A DNA stretch of 64,000 nt from an uncultured Thermodesulfobacteriota bacterium (GTDB taxonomy: Bacteria; Desulfobacterota; GWC2-55-46; JADFVP01). The position numbers and the translations under genes are program-made. Below are positions 30,042 through 39,177 of this stretch, one piece after another. The DNA lies in the NCBI GenBank assembly GCA_964472295.1, contig CAYYJQ010000001.1:85313-149312 (forward strand). Reading direction: 5' to 3'. Below the pieces are notes generated by a model. The model was not told the DNA's origin and made no database searches. It saw only the letters and a program-made list of their open reading frames with translations. Each line of letters begins with the position of its first letter. The first letter of the stretch is position 1.

Positions 30042-32015
30042 TTACTGGAACCAGACCCTCACCACCTTTTCGCCCTTCAGCGGCCTGCCGGGCCTTGGGC
30101 TCTGGCGAACGGCCACGCCGCCGCCTATCATCTCTATCTTAATGGAATCCTCCATGGATACCCTGAGGGCCTTTCTAACGGTAAGGCCCCTGAAGTCAGG
30201 GACATAGCCCTCGCGCACCTTCCTTGTGACGTTCCTTGCCAAGGCCTTTTTAGCGCCCCTTGAGGCATGACGCGCGGACCTGGCCATCAATGGCCTCACC
30301 CCGGCGGAACCTGATGGCGTTACGCCAAGGTAGGAGAGGCTCTTGGAGGCTATCTCCCTAAAGGCCGGAGCCGCAACGTCTCCTCCATAATATCCCTTTT
30401 GAGGCTCGTCAAGGGTGACGGTAATCACAAGTTCCGGGTCCTTTGCCGGGAGGAATCCGAAGAAACTCGATACATAGGCGCCCCTCTTGTAGCCGCCCTT
30501 CTTGAAGTCGGGTTTCTGTGCGGTGCCTGTCTTTCCGGCCACCTCGAAACCAGCGAGCGCCGCCTTCGTGCCCGTGCCTCCGGGCTCCGTGACCCTCACC
30601 ATTAGACGCCTTATGGTCTTTGCTGTCTCTGCTGATATGGCCCTCCTTATGATGGCAGGGTTATTGGACTTCACCACGGACCCGCCACTATCGCGCACCT
30701 CTCTAACTATATAGGGCCTCATGAGAAAACCGCCGTTGGCTATGGCCCCAAGGGCCGAGGCGAGCTGAATGGAAGATACGGAGAGACCCTGTCCAAAGGC
30801 AAGGGTATGGAGCGTGACACCCGACCATTTGTCAGGCGCGGGGAGTACGCCCGGCGTATCACCGGGCAGGTCTATGCCGGTCCTCCTCCCAAAGCCAAAG
30901 CCCCTGAGCGTCCTGTATACCCTCTCCCTGCCCATCTTATCGGCTATCTTAAGGGCCCCGATGTTACTCGAAAACTTGATTATATTTGCTACAGAGAGCC
31001 AGCCGTTCTTCTCGGCGTCATGAAAGACCCTGTCGGCTACCCTGAACTTTCCGTTCTCGCAGTAGAAGATGTCACCAGTCGTGACCACGTTCTCCTCAAG
31101 GGCCCCGGCCACGAGAAAGACCTTAATGAGAGAGCCCGGCTCAAAGGTGTCCGTTACCGCGCGGTTACGCCAGAGGGCCGGTGAGGCGCGGCCAAAGTCA
31201 TTGGGGTCAAAGCCCGGCTGGTTGGCCATGGCAAGGACCTCGCCAGTTGCAGGAGACATTACCACCGCAATGCCGCCCTTTGCCCCGGACTTATCTATGG
31301 CCCTCTTGAGCGCGCTCTCGGTGACATACTGAATGGTCTTGTCAATGGTAAGTTCCACGCTCATGCCCTCAATCGGCACAACGTTGTCCGTGTCACCGTA
31401 GAGAATGAGCCTGCCGCGGGCATCCCTTCCGCCGCTTATCCGGCGGGCCGTGCCCACGAGGAACCTGTTGTACGAGTGCTCTATGCCCTCAAGGCCGTTG
31501 GAGTCCACGCCCGTAAAGCCTATGAGATTGGAGGCAAGGGTGCGGTTGGGGTAATAACGCCTGCTCTCCTTGATTATGCCCACACCCTTGATGGCGGCTA
31601 TCTTCTCGCGGGCCGCTTCGTCAAGGTCTATCTGGCGTTTCAACCAGACAAAACCCCTGCCCCGCCGAATCTTCCTCTCAATGGCCGAGGCGCTCATGGA
31701 CGTAATGGGCGCAAGGGCCCTTGCCACGGCCCTTGGAGACCTTATCTTCGTTGGCTGGGCGTATATGGAATCCACGTCAATGCTTATGGCAAGGGCCTTG
31801 AGGTTCCTGTCGTATATGGCCCCGCGCTTTGACTTAAGGCTCACGGTGCGCACGTGCTGGCGCGACGCCATCTTCCTCAGCGCGTCTCCCTCTATGACCT
31901 GGAGCTGGAACGCGCGCATGAATATCAGGGAAAAGGCGAGGAGAAAGAAGCCGAGCACCACAAAGACCCTTGGCCTTATCCTGTTTTTCTTCTCTTTTTT
32001 TCTCTTCTTTCTCAC
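30042..32015 (-). CDS. ftsI: Penicillin-binding protein FtsI with C-terminal PASTA-like domain
   Basis: RG.IYDRN, EPGSLIK (SxxK), SSN, KTGT; C-terminal VPDFRG...QSP.PG. Confidence 0.96.
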   Translation of the reverse strand: MRKKRKKEKKNRIRPRVFVVLGFFLLAFSLIFMRAFQLQVIEGDALRKMASRQHVRTVSLKSKRGAIYDRNLKALAISIDVDSIYAQPTKIRSPRAVARALAPITSMSASAIERKIRRGRGFVWLKRQIDLDEAAREKIAAIKGVGIIKESRRYYPNRTLASNLIGFTGVDSNGLEGIEHSYNRFLVGTARRISGGRDARGRLILYGDTDNVVPIEGMSVELTIDKTIQYVTESALKRAIDKSGAKGGIAVVMSPATGEVLAMANQPGFDPNDFGRASPALWRNRAVTDTFEPGSLIKVFLVAGALEENVVTTGDIFYCENGKFRVADRVFHDAEKNGWLSVANIIKFSSNIGALKIADKMGRERVYRTLRGFGFGRRTGIDLPGDTPGVLPAPDKWSGVTLHTLAFGQGLSVSSIQLASALGAIANGGFLMRPYIVREVRDSGGSVVKSNNPAIIRRAISAETAKTIRRLMVRVTEPGGTGTKAALAGFEVAGKTGTAQKPDFKKGGYKRGAYVSSFFGFLPAKDPELVITVTLDEPQKGYYGGDVAAPAFREIASKSLSYLGVTPSGSAGVRPLMARSARHASRGAKKALARNVTRKVREGYVPDFRGLTVRKALRVSMEDSIKIEMIGGGVAVRQSPRPGRPLKGEKVVRVWFQ

Positions 32016-32383
32016 CTTGATACCTTTATTATCTGCCCCTCCGAGGGGTGCACAAGGCCCAGTTCAGTCATTGCTATGCGCTCGATTCGCTCAGGGGACT
32101 TGAGCCTCATGAACTCTATCTTGAGACGCCTGTTCTGCTCCATGAGCGTGCTTCTCTCCATGTTGGCCCTTGAGATGTCATATCCCATGCTAACCACCGT
32201 TAGCCTGCACCATATGTAGAGAAAGAGCACGCCTATAACCGCAAGCGAGGCAAGGACCGCCATGGAGACAAACCTTATGTCACGGGGGTTGCGCCTTGCG
32301 CCGGCCCTCGAACGCGCGCCGCGCGCGGCCCCTGACTTTGAGACCGCGCCCCTGCCGATTCTCCTCGTAGTCGCGTGAGACAT
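32012..32383 (-). CDS. ftsL: Cell division protein FtsL
   Basis: TM plus coiled coil, LKSPERIERIA...LGL; between rsmH and ftsI. Confidence 0.9.
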   Translation of the reverse strand: MSHATTRRIGRGAVSKSGAARGARSRAGARRNPRDIRFVSMAVLASLAVIGVLFLYIWCRLTVVSMGYDISRANMERSTLMEQNRRLKIEFMRLKSPERIERIAMTELGLVHPSEGQIIKVSR

Positions 32384-32394
32384 CTCTAAAAAAC

Positions 32395-32512
32395 TCCCTA
32401 TTACTCTCTCTGCCGCGGAGGGCGATTAAAAATTTTTATTCCCCCCTATGTTACGGAGTTGCGATTAAAAATCCTTATTCCCTCCAATGCCACGGAACTG
32501 CGATTAAAAAAT
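32395..32512. repeat. 39-bp degenerate tandem repeat between rsmH and ftsL
   Basis: GCGATTAAAAAT at 32422, 32461 and 32500 with similar intervening sequence; the last copy contains the rsmH stop codon. Confidence 0.85.
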
Positions 32513-33439
32513 CTCAACGGCCCTTAGTCTCGCGCTCCTTGCCCTGGGGTTTTCCTCGACCTCGCCGGAGCCCGGTCTCACCACACGGCGCGTAATGACC
32601 TTTGCCCGGGGTGTCTTTCCACAGACGCAGCGAGGCAGGTCAGGCGGGCACTGGCAGGGAAAGGCCCACTCCCTGAAGGTCTTCTTCACTATCCTGTCTT
32701 CCAGCGAGTGGTAGGATATGACCACCATGCGCCCACCACTTCCAAGAATCTCCAAACCGCCCTGAAGACCCTTCTCAAGGGCATCGAGTTCACTGTTTAC
32801 AAAGATTCTCAGGGCCTGAAAGGTCCTTGTGGCCGGGTGGAGCCTCGCCGAGTGGTACCTCTTGGGGACGGCACCGAAGATTATCCCGGCAAGCTGGCCC
32901 GTGGTCTCTATGGGCCCTTGCTCCCTCGCCCTAACTATGGCCCTCGCTATCCTCATGGAGAACCTCTCCTCTCCAAAACGCCTGATTATCTCCGCGAGTT
33001 CCCCTGCCTCCATGTTATTTACAATGTCTCTTGCCGATACCTTGCCGCGCCTGTCCATCCTCATGTCAAGGGGCGCGTCAAGCCTGAAACTAAAACCCCG
33101 CGAGGCCTCATCGAGCTGATGGGAAGATACGCCAAGGTCAAGAAGCAGACCATCCACCTTACTGTAACCCGCCTCCCTTACGGCGTCCTTTATCCCTGAA
33201 AAATCAGCCCTTACCGTAAAAACCCTGTCTCTGTACCGGGAAAGCGCCCTCCTAGCCTCAGAGATTGCCGCCCCGTCGCGGTCAATCCCGATGAGCACCC
33301 CGTCTGGCCCAGAGGCCTCGAGTATGGCCCCCGCGTGCCCCCCGCCCCCCAATGTGCCATCCACATACACGCCGCCCCGGCGGCACTCAAGGTACTTGAT
33401 AACCTCGCGCACCATGACGGGCCTATGCTCGTAAACCAT
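32504..33439 (-). CDS. rsmH: 16S rRNA m4C1402 methyltransferase
   Basis: H.PV, DGTLGGGGH, DLGVSS.QLD, RGFSF, HPATRTFQALRI, SYHSLEDRIVK, NPRARSA. Confidence 0.98.
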   Translation of the reverse strand: MVYEHRPVMVREVIKYLECRRGGVYVDGTLGGGGHAGAILEASGPDGVLIGIDRDGAAISEARRALSRYRDRVFTVRADFSGIKDAVREAGYSKVDGLLLDLGVSSHQLDEASRGFSFRLDAPLDMRMDRRGKVSARDIVNNMEAGELAEIIRRFGEERFSMRIARAIVRAREQGPIETTGQLAGIIFGAVPKRYHSARLHPATRTFQALRIFVNSELDALEKGLQGGLEILGSGGRMVVISYHSLEDRIVKKTFREWAFPCQCPPDLPRCVCGKTPRAKVITRRVVRPGSGEVEENPRARSARLRAVEIF

Positions 33440-33441
33440 GG

Positions 33442-33876
33442 TCAGAGCCCGAGACGTTCGAGGGTGTTGCCGATCTCTTCCGTGGACACGGCGCCCTCAG
33501 CCCTGTCCCAGGCCTCCTTGGCCCATATCTCTATCTGCCTGTAGGCGCCTATGAGGACAATGTCCTTCTCAAAACCCGCGTAGTCGCGAAGGGCCTGAGG
33601 TATGAGTATGCGGCCAAGCCTGTCTATGACACAGTCCGCGGCGCTTGAATAAAAAAAGCGGAGAAATGCCCGCGTATCCTTCTTGAACTCGGGCAACTCC
33701 GCTATCCTGGCCTCCAGCTTCTCCCACTCCTTGAGAGGATAGGCCACGAGGCAACCGTCATATGTAGTTACAACAAGTTTCGAGTCATAGCGCTCGTTCA
33801 GGGTCTCACGAAGACGCGCAGGTATGCTGAGCCTGCCCTTGGCGTCAATGGTATGCTCGAACCTGCCCCTGAACAT
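33442..33876 (-). CDS. mraZ: Transcriptional regulator MraZ
   Basis: MFRG, DAKGRLSIP, DRLGRILIP, IEIW. Confidence 0.98.
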   Translation of the reverse strand: MFRGRFEHTIDAKGRLSIPARLRETLNERYDSKLVVTTYDGCLVAYPLKEWEKLEARIAELPEFKKDTRAFLRFFYSSAADCVIDRLGRILIPQALRDYAGFEKDIVLIGAYRQIEIWAKEAWDRAEGAVSTEEIGNTLERLGL

Positions 33877-33969
33877 GGCCGTGTCTCCCGCCTCTACTTG
33901 ATAACGAGCCCTCCCTCAGGACATCTCCACTGTCCCAGGGGAGAGGCACCACTGAAAGAGACTTTTATA

Positions 33970-33993
33970 CCACTCTATACCACTTCATCCCAC
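33970..33993 (-). promoter_or_regulatory. MraZ operator (three GTGG boxes at 10-bp pitch)
   Basis: CCAC at 33970, 33980 and 33990 just downstream of the dcw promoter; matches the known MraZ direct-repeat architecture. Confidence 0.85.
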
Positions 33994-34004
33994 TCTACGC
34001 CTCA

Positions 34005-34033
34005 ACTATATTCTTCCCGCATTTTTTTGTCAA
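34005..34033 (-). promoter_or_regulatory. sigma70 promoter of the dcw cluster
   Basis: TTGACA-17 nt-TATAGT. Confidence 0.85.
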
Positions 34034-34282
34034 GAGGTATTTGAGGCCAGAACATGAAAAACAGGGGAGGGACAGGAGAAAGAGAAAAAAATCCCACTTT
34101 CTTTTGGAAAAAAGAAAGTTTTTTAATCAAGGCGCCTTATTTACCGCGACTCCGGGGGCAGGGGGCATGAGACGGCCAATCCGTTGCCAGGGAAACTATG
34201 CCAAAGAAAACCAATAAAAAAACCCTGGCCCAATTCAGGGGCAGGGGGGGTCATGGGTCTGCATCCAAAACCCGCGAGGCAA

Positions 34283-35194
34283 TCACTTCTTCTTTTTGCT
34301 CTCCTTCCGATGACCGTCTTTTACGTCCTGGTCCTTCTTTATCTTCTTTACCTTCTTCTCTATGGCCTCGGCCCTCTTTTTGTAGTCCGCGGCCTCGGTG
34401 TTACCAGGGTCCATGGCCAGGACTTTCGTCCACTCCTTTACGGCCTTGTCGAGTTCTTCTTTCTGAAAGAAGGTAACACCGTTCTTAAGATGGAAGTCAA
34501 TATAGTGTTGTCTCTCTATGCGGGCCATCTCCAGGAGAACGTCGGCGTCCTTGTAGTAGGGCATTACCCTGAGGGCCACCTTGAACTGCCTCATGGCCCT
34601 GTTGTACTTGCCGGAGAGGAGATAGAGTTTGCCCTTTACATAATGACGCTCAGCCTTTTCCTCGGGCACGACCTCGTTCTTCTTGGCCTTCTGTATCTTC
34701 TTCTTGACCTCCTCGATGTCCGGGATGGGCTCGCCGGGCTTCTCGCCCGTGGAGATCCCGCCGAGGAGCGCGAGTTTCTTGCTGGCCCATTTATTTGAAG
34801 GGTTGTACCTGAGGGCAAGGGTGTACTCGTGCATGGCCTTATTTAGTATACCGGCCTTCTCATATGCCTCGGCCATCTCCATGTGCTCTCTTGAGAGCTT
34901 CAAGGCGAGGGCGTTTATGTCCTTGAGGAGTTTCTTGGCCTTATTGTACTCAGGGTCATCCCTTGGGATTGCCTTTACCCTCTCCCTTGCCTGCGGGATA
35001 AAGCCCTGCTCAAAGAGTATCTCGGCCTGCCGGTAATCAGAAGCCACTATGTAATCAGGGCCAATACCAACGCACCCGGAAAGACCGAGCGCCCCGACAA
35101 GCAGACTAAGGCAGAAAGCCCTCTTCGCCCATGACCCTGATAGTGTTCTCCACGACTTTATCAACCTCAGCCCTCCATTGGTCCTTGAGCTCAA
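34283..35194 (-). CDS. TPR-repeat lipoprotein
   Basis: Lipobox LSGC, TPR helices (ALRYNPSN, VLAMDPGN), Lys-rich tail. Start uncertain; overlaps the cyclase 3' end. Confidence 0.82.
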   Translation of the reverse strand: MSSRTNGGLRLIKSWRTLSGSWAKRAFCLSLLVGALGLSGCVGIGPDYIVASDYRQAEILFEQGFIPQARERVKAIPRDDPEYNKAKKLLKDINALALKLSREHMEMAEAYEKAGILNKAMHEYTLALRYNPSNKWASKKLALLGGISTGEKPGEPIPDIEEVKKKIQKAKKNEVVPEEKAERHYVKGKLYLLSGKYNRAMRQFKVALRVMPYYKDADVLLEMARIERQHYIDFHLKNGVTFFQKEELDKAVKEWTKVLAMDPGNTEAADYKKRAEAIEKKVKKIKKDQDVKDGHRKESKKKK

Positions 35195-36530
35195 CTATAC
35201 TATAAAGTCCAAGAGGCTTGTCAATACCTTTTATAATCCCCGGTTCTACCTCCCGGCACCTCGCGAAATCCTTGATAGATGGATAGAGCCCCTCCCTGAT
35301 GAGTATCTCCCCGCCATCGGCAATATCCGAGAGCCGCGAGGCCATGTTCACGGCCTCGCCAACAGCCGTATACTCCATCCTCATCATGGAGCCCATGTTG
35401 CCGACTATCACCGGGCCGGAATCAAGGCCAAAGCCCATGCAAAAGGGTAGCGCCCCGCGCTCCTCGCGCATGGCGTTAACCCTCTCAAGGACATCCCTTA
35501 TGGCAACAGTCGTCTTTACGGCCTGCTCAAGATGCTGGGGGGTGAATATGGGAGAGCCGAAGACACACATTACGGCGTCGCCTATGAACTTGTCTATCGT
35601 GCCGCCAAAGGCGAAGACCACCTCGGTGATGAGGCTGAAGTACCTGTTAAGGAGTTCCACGGTCTGCTCTGGGCTCATGTCCTGCACATGGCGGGTAAAA
35701 TCCCTTATATCGGCGAAAAATACAGTAAGCCTCCTGCTCTTGCCGCCAAGGTCAAGGCTCTCAGGGGTCTTCAGTATCTCGTCGGCCACCTCGGGGCTGA
35801 CGTAAAGGTTGAAGACCTCCTTCATGACCTCCTTTTTCTTCAGTTCCGAGGCCATATGGTTAAATGACCTTATGAGCTCGCCCACCTCGTCCCCGCGGCC
35901 CTCTGGTATCTTATAACTGAAGTTGCCGCGGACTATCTCCTGCGTGCCCTTGAGGAGCATGAAAATGGGCCGGAGGAGCCCGGAGGCAAGGGGGATGGAG
36001 AGGAGGGAGACAAAGATTATGGCTATTAAGGTGATTATTACAAGGCTTGTCACCACGGCCCTCACCCTCTCGCTGATAAAGGCCTTTGAGAAAGAGACCA
36101 CAGTGTAGCCCACGCGGGTATCCTTGAATACAACAGGGGTGGCATAGGTAATGGATGCGTCGTCCTCGGCGACTACCCAGGGAAAATCACCGCTTGCCTT
36201 CTCGATGCGGTCAGCAAAGGCAACCCTGCCGCCAATGCTATCCATATTCCTGTAGGCCTTGACCATTAACTTTTCGTCAAGTATGTAAGCGTCTGATATG
36301 GTGGGGTTCTTGAGGATATTCTCGATGAGCTGGCTCATTGCCAGGCTGTCGTTCTCAAGGAGGGGAAACTTGCTGTTACGCGAGAAGCCGTCAGTCACGG
36401 CCCCGGCCATGGACCTTATCTGCGACTCCATGGAGTGTTTCTGGCTCACCACCATGAAGGCGCCCATAACCGAGGTAATGGCGCAGAGGAGTATGGAGAG
36501 GATTATGGCGTACTTGAGTTTTATACCCAT
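35106..36530 (-). CDS. Membrane class III adenylate cyclase (2TM-sensor-HAMP-cyclase)
   Basis: Two TMs, HAMP (DEVGEL..SFN.M), FADIRDFT, DKFIGDAVM, EYTAVGEAVNMASRL (Lys/Thr, ATP-specifying). Confidence 0.92.
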   Translation of the reverse strand: MGIKLKYAIILSILLCAITSVMGAFMVVSQKHSMESQIRSMAGAVTDGFSRNSKFPLLENDSLAMSQLIENILKNPTISDAYILDEKLMVKAYRNMDSIGGRVAFADRIEKASGDFPWVVAEDDASITYATPVVFKDTRVGYTVVSFSKAFISERVRAVVTSLVIITLIAIIFVSLLSIPLASGLLRPIFMLLKGTQEIVRGNFSYKIPEGRGDEVGELIRSFNHMASELKKKEVMKEVFNLYVSPEVADEILKTPESLDLGGKSRRLTVFFADIRDFTRHVQDMSPEQTVELLNRYFSLITEVVFAFGGTIDKFIGDAVMCVFGSPIFTPQHLEQAVKTTVAIRDVLERVNAMREERGALPFCMGFGLDSGPVIVGNMGSMMRMEYTAVGEAVNMASRLSDIADGGEILIREGLYPSIKDFARCREVEPGIIKGIDKPLGLYSIVELKDQWRAEVDKVVENTIRVMGEEGFLP

Positions 36531-36736
36531 CTGTCTTTTCTTGCCCGGCCCGCGGCCTTAATGGGAAGGTGTAAGATAGAGATGCCTTTGATGGCCGCTG
36601 CATTGGAAAGCGGCAGATGCTTTCTTAAGCAGGGGTTACTCAGAAGAAAAAATTATTGCCCGCAGGAGATGTTCCGCATGGCCCTTAAAGCCCCTGCCGG
36701 ACTATCGAGCGGAAAGGCCGCCATGTCTCTCTAAAA

Positions 36737-37134
36737 GGACGCCGGAGGGTACTCTGTAAGCCGGATTCTGTAATCCCCCAGAGGGGACGGCGGCCATTCA
36801 TCTGGGACCACTGTTGCCAGTGGCCTCATGCAACCTACCCGTTCCGCCCGTTCCCCGGAGGGAGGCGAAGGGCGGGCCGCCCTTGAAGCGGAACCTATTC
36901 GGTCTTGCACCGGGAGGGGGTTGCCAAGCCCTGCCAGTCGCCCGGCAGGCTGGTGGGCTCTTACCCCGCCTTTTCACCCTTACCCCTTCACTGGGAAGGG
37001 GCGGTATCTTTTCTGTGGCCCTGTCCCTGGAGTTGCCTCCGGTCGCTGTTAGCGACCTCCCTGCCCTATGGTGTCCGGACTTTCCTCCACCGGGGCTTAA
37101 CCGGTAGCGGCCGCCCCGTTACCCTCCGGCGTCC
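36737..37134 (-). ncRNA. rnpB: RNase P RNA (type A)
   Basis: GAGGAAAGTCCGGACAC near the 5' end and ACAGAATCCGGCTTA near the 3' end; AGGGTGAAAAGGCGGGGTAAGAGCCCACC; terminal P1 inverted repeat. Confidence 0.97.
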
Positions 37135-37244
37135 TTTTGGTAAGGCCCGAGCCTTACACCAATTTTTTATGATACGCTGATAGGTATTGAAAATCAAGAA
37201 GAAGTGAGAATAACAGAGGAAGACAGAGGGCGCGGCCAGCCGGC

Positions 37245-37913
37245 CTATGCCCCATGGTCCATGGCCTCGTTTGCAAGGCCGTCGGCCTCGCTGTTCTTTT
37301 CGCGTGGGATGTGGCTTATGCGGTAGTCCTTGAAGGCGGCGAGGAGGGCCATGACCTTCCTGTAGAGGGGCTGAAGTGCCGGGCTCTTCACCCTGTAACG
37401 GCCCGTGACCTGACGGACCATGAGCTGTGAGTCCGCGAATATGCGCACCTTTTCCGCGCCAAGGCCCCTTGCGGCCTCAAGGGCCATTATGAGGGCCATG
37501 TACTCGGCCCTGTTGTTCGTGCCAAGGCCAAGGCGCTTCTTGAGTCTCTTGACGACCTTGCCCGAGGGGTCTTTTATGACAGCGCCGCCGCCCGAGGGGC
37601 CAGGGTTGCCGCGAGAGCCTCCGTCAACAAAGAGGTCATAGAAAGCGCCTGCGGAAGAAGGCCTCTTGGAGGCAGGCACGGCGCCCGGCGCGTTTAAAGC
37701 GGCCTTTTTCGCCCGGTGTTCCTTTACTCGCGCGGCTGAAGGCCCTTGAGCAAGGGTCTCCGCAAGGTAAAGGAGTATCTGCCTTGCTTCCTCCTTCGAG
37801 ATATGGAGTTCTTTAATGGATTTTTCGAGGTCAAGGGTGCCGGCGAGCGACTTAAGGAGCCGTTCACCTGCAAGGACATTGGGAGGAAACTTGGGGACAG
37901 ACTTCCCGGTCAT
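37245..37913 (-). CDS. rnhA: Ribonuclease HI family protein with N-terminal extension
   Basis: VDGGSRGNPG, TNNRAEY, DSQLMVRQ, HIPREKNSEADGLAN (DEDD). Confidence 0.9.
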   Translation of the reverse strand: MTGKSVPKFPPNVLAGERLLKSLAGTLDLEKSIKELHISKEEARQILLYLAETLAQGPSAARVKEHRAKKAALNAPGAVPASKRPSSAGAFYDLFVDGGSRGNPGPSGGGAVIKDPSGKVVKRLKKRLGLGTNNRAEYMALIMALEAARGLGAEKVRIFADSQLMVRQVTGRYRVKSPALQPLYRKVMALLAAFKDYRISHIPREKNSEADGLANEAMDHGA

Positions 37914-37915
37914 CT

Positions 37916-38644
37916 TCAGGAGGCCTCTGTAGGGCCCGCGTGCTCAACGTATAGTATGCGGTCGCAATGGGGACACCTTATGATGTCCTCATCACCCCTC
38001 TTAAGCCTGACAAAGGTCTGGGGAGGCACGTGCATGTAACAGCCCTGACAGGCCTCTCCCTTGAGGGGCACAAGGGCCCTGCCGCCCCTTTTCAGTCTTA
38101 TGTTCTCGTAAATACGGTACATCGAGTCAGGGAGCTGGGCGGCAAGTGCCTGGCGTTCGGCCTTCCTGCCATCGGCCTGGGCCTGCCAGGCCTCTCTTTT
38201 CTCTGAGAGTTCCTTCTCAAGGGCCTCCATCTCGGCCCGAACCCTCTCCATCTCTATCTCGCGGGCCTCTCTGAGAAGCCCCTGTTCGGTAAGCCTGCCC
38301 CTGAGTTCAGAGGCGTCTTTTTCGGCCTGGCGAATCACCTTTCCCGCGGTGTTAATCTCTTTATTAAGGGCCTTGAGCTCCCTGTTGCCGCTTACAGAGC
38401 GTATCTTACCCTCGTTCTTGCTTATCCTGTCATTGGCCTGGCTTACGCGGAGCTCTGCCTCGCCAAGGGCGTCCTTCAGGCCCTCGGCTTCCTTTTCAAT
38501 GCCCTCGATGCTCACTTCCATGCTTTCCAGCTCTGCCTTGAGGGCGGCTATCTTCTCTTGGTAATCCCTCTCCTCGTCCTCAATGCCTTTGATGACAAGG
38601 TCTATCCTCTGCATGCCTTCAAGTGTATCTATGGGTCTTGGCAA
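37916..38644 (-). CDS. Coiled-coil protein with C4 zinc ribbon (DUF164-like)
   Basis: Long coiled coil followed by CQGC...CPHCDRIL; typical neighbour of rnhA and rnpB. Confidence 0.92.
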   Translation of the reverse strand: MPRPIDTLEGMQRIDLVIKGIEDEERDYQEKIAALKAELESMEVSIEGIEKEAEGLKDALGEAELRVSQANDRISKNEGKIRSVSGNRELKALNKEINTAGKVIRQAEKDASELRGRLTEQGLLREAREIEMERVRAEMEALEKELSEKREAWQAQADGRKAERQALAAQLPDSMYRIYENIRLKRGGRALVPLKGEACQGCYMHVPPQTFVRLKRGDEDIIRCPHCDRILYVEHAGPTEAS

Positions 38645-38666
38645 GAAAACTCTCCTCGTGAAAAAT

Positions 38667-38742
38667 TGGTGGGCCCACCAGGACTCGAACCTGGGACCGA
38701 CCGGTTATGAGCCGGTGGCTCTTCCAACTGAGCTATGGGCCC
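38667..38742 (-). tRNA. tRNA with CAT anticodon, probably tRNA-Ile2 (lysidine)
   Basis: GGGCCCATAGCTCAGTTGGAAGAGCCACCGGCTCATAACCGGTCGGTCCCAGGTTCGAGTCCTGGTGGGCCCACCA; cloverleaf with encoded CCA. Ile2 versus Met is inferred from sequence style and context. Confidence 0.93.
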
Positions 38743-38844
38743 TGCTACGATGAGGACAAAGACAAAAAAAACACGCGAGCACGGGGTTTAACTCCCGTAC
38801 TTGAGATAGGGACGAAAAAACAATATATTGCCACTAAAAATAGT

Positions 38845-38874
38845 ATTCTATTCAAATAACATCCAACTTGTCAA
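38845..38874 (-). promoter_or_regulatory. sigma70 promoter upstream of the tRNA(CAT) operon
   Basis: TTGACA-18 nt-TAGAAT. Confidence 0.75.
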
Positions 38875-38991
38875 GGGATTTGAAAAAAGGAATGGTACAA
38901 GTGAGAAAATAGGGGCGCCGGACCTCCGTGGGGCGCCAATGGCTTAAAGTAAATAGGCCTCAAGTAAAAAAAACACATAAAGCCCCTCCAA

Positions 38992-39142
38992 GGAACGTCT
39001 GATTAATTCAGACGTTCCAGCAACACATGGACGTGTTGCCATTTTCGACAACTGTAAATTGCCTGAAATGTAAGAGAAAGAAAAACCACGCTTTTTCTTT
39101 ACCGTCTCTTCTTAATTCAGGGAAGAATTATTCAGAGGTTTC
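38992..39142 (+). mobile_element. Complete MITE copy 3
   Basis: Colinear with 8815-8963; 4-bp target duplication CCAA at 38988-38991 and 39143-39146. Confidence 0.85.
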
Positions 39143-39177
39143 CCAAGATATTTTCAGGCCCCTGTCCGCTCCTCGCA

